Positions 63,618-64,000 of a stretch of DNA of 64,000 bases are shown here, piece after piece. The position numbers and the translations under genes were made by a program. Each line of letters opens with the position of its first letter. Position 1 is the first letter of the stretch. A model generated the notes under the pieces. That model was not told the DNA's origin, ran no database searches, and saw only the letters and a program-made list of their open reading frames with translations. Source of the DNA: Balanoglossus misakiensis (lineage: Eukaryota; Animalia; Hemichordata); NCBI GenBank assembly GCA_040954595.2, contig CM082578.2:6743519-6807518 (forward strand), given 5' to 3'.

Positions 63618-64000
63618 TTGCACGACGTATACTTTCTCATTTTACAGTTGAAAACGACGAGAAGCCTTACATCATTTCTCTAGACGAATAATCCTAAAAA
63701 TTCGCTGTTTCCTAACAAAAAAATACGCGCACACGTTACCCCATTTGCTGCCCAATTGATACTGAAGCAACGTCGCCAGTAATTTCCCAAATGAATGACT
63801 CCCACTGAGCTTATACTTGATTACCGATAGCATTTGAAGCGACGGCAGGTGAGCATTTGTTGCGTCCATGCTGTCAAACATGGAAACGCGTAATCGAGTC
63901 CGATTTTCAATGCACGGCGAATATTATGAAAACACGGATCTAGGAACACAATGGCCGCGGGGCACAGATATATATTTTCGACATCGACATGGCAATTCAT

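Noticed and set aside
40000-64000. Numerous 60-150-aa ORFs and isolated TATAAA motifs in the right-hand desert
   Set aside because: No recognisable domains or coherent splice chains; small exons of an unseen gene cannot be fully excluded.

Overview
This is eukaryotic, intron-rich animal DNA, most likely an invertebrate deuterostome judging by gene content and miRNA sequence (inference). The left ~34.5 kb holds five spliced protein-coding genes, each assembled by hand with in-frame GT-AG junctions. They are HBP1 (AXH + HMG box, +), NFYB (-, with a U12-type minor intron), UBL4A (+, head-to-head with NFYB), a 17-exon thioredoxin-glutathione reductase (-; CPFC glutaredoxin domain, Gly-Cys-Sec-Gly C-terminus read through an in-frame TGA, and a SECIS element), and a CHST11/13-like sulfotransferase (+). 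The right ~30 kb has no credible protein-coding gene, but it hides a complete miR-183/miR-96/miR-182 sensory-organ microRNA cluster on the minus strand (38.0-39.2 kb). Upstream of the cluster lies a CpG-rich desert containing RFX X-box, E-box and POU4-like motifs. The putative HBP1 3'UTR carries several seed matches for that cluster. The NFYB-TXNRD-CHST neighbourhood mirrors vertebrate gene order, suggesting an ancient syntenic block. Several MITE families and long fold-back elements are also present. All comparisons to other species are from recalled knowledge, not database searches.
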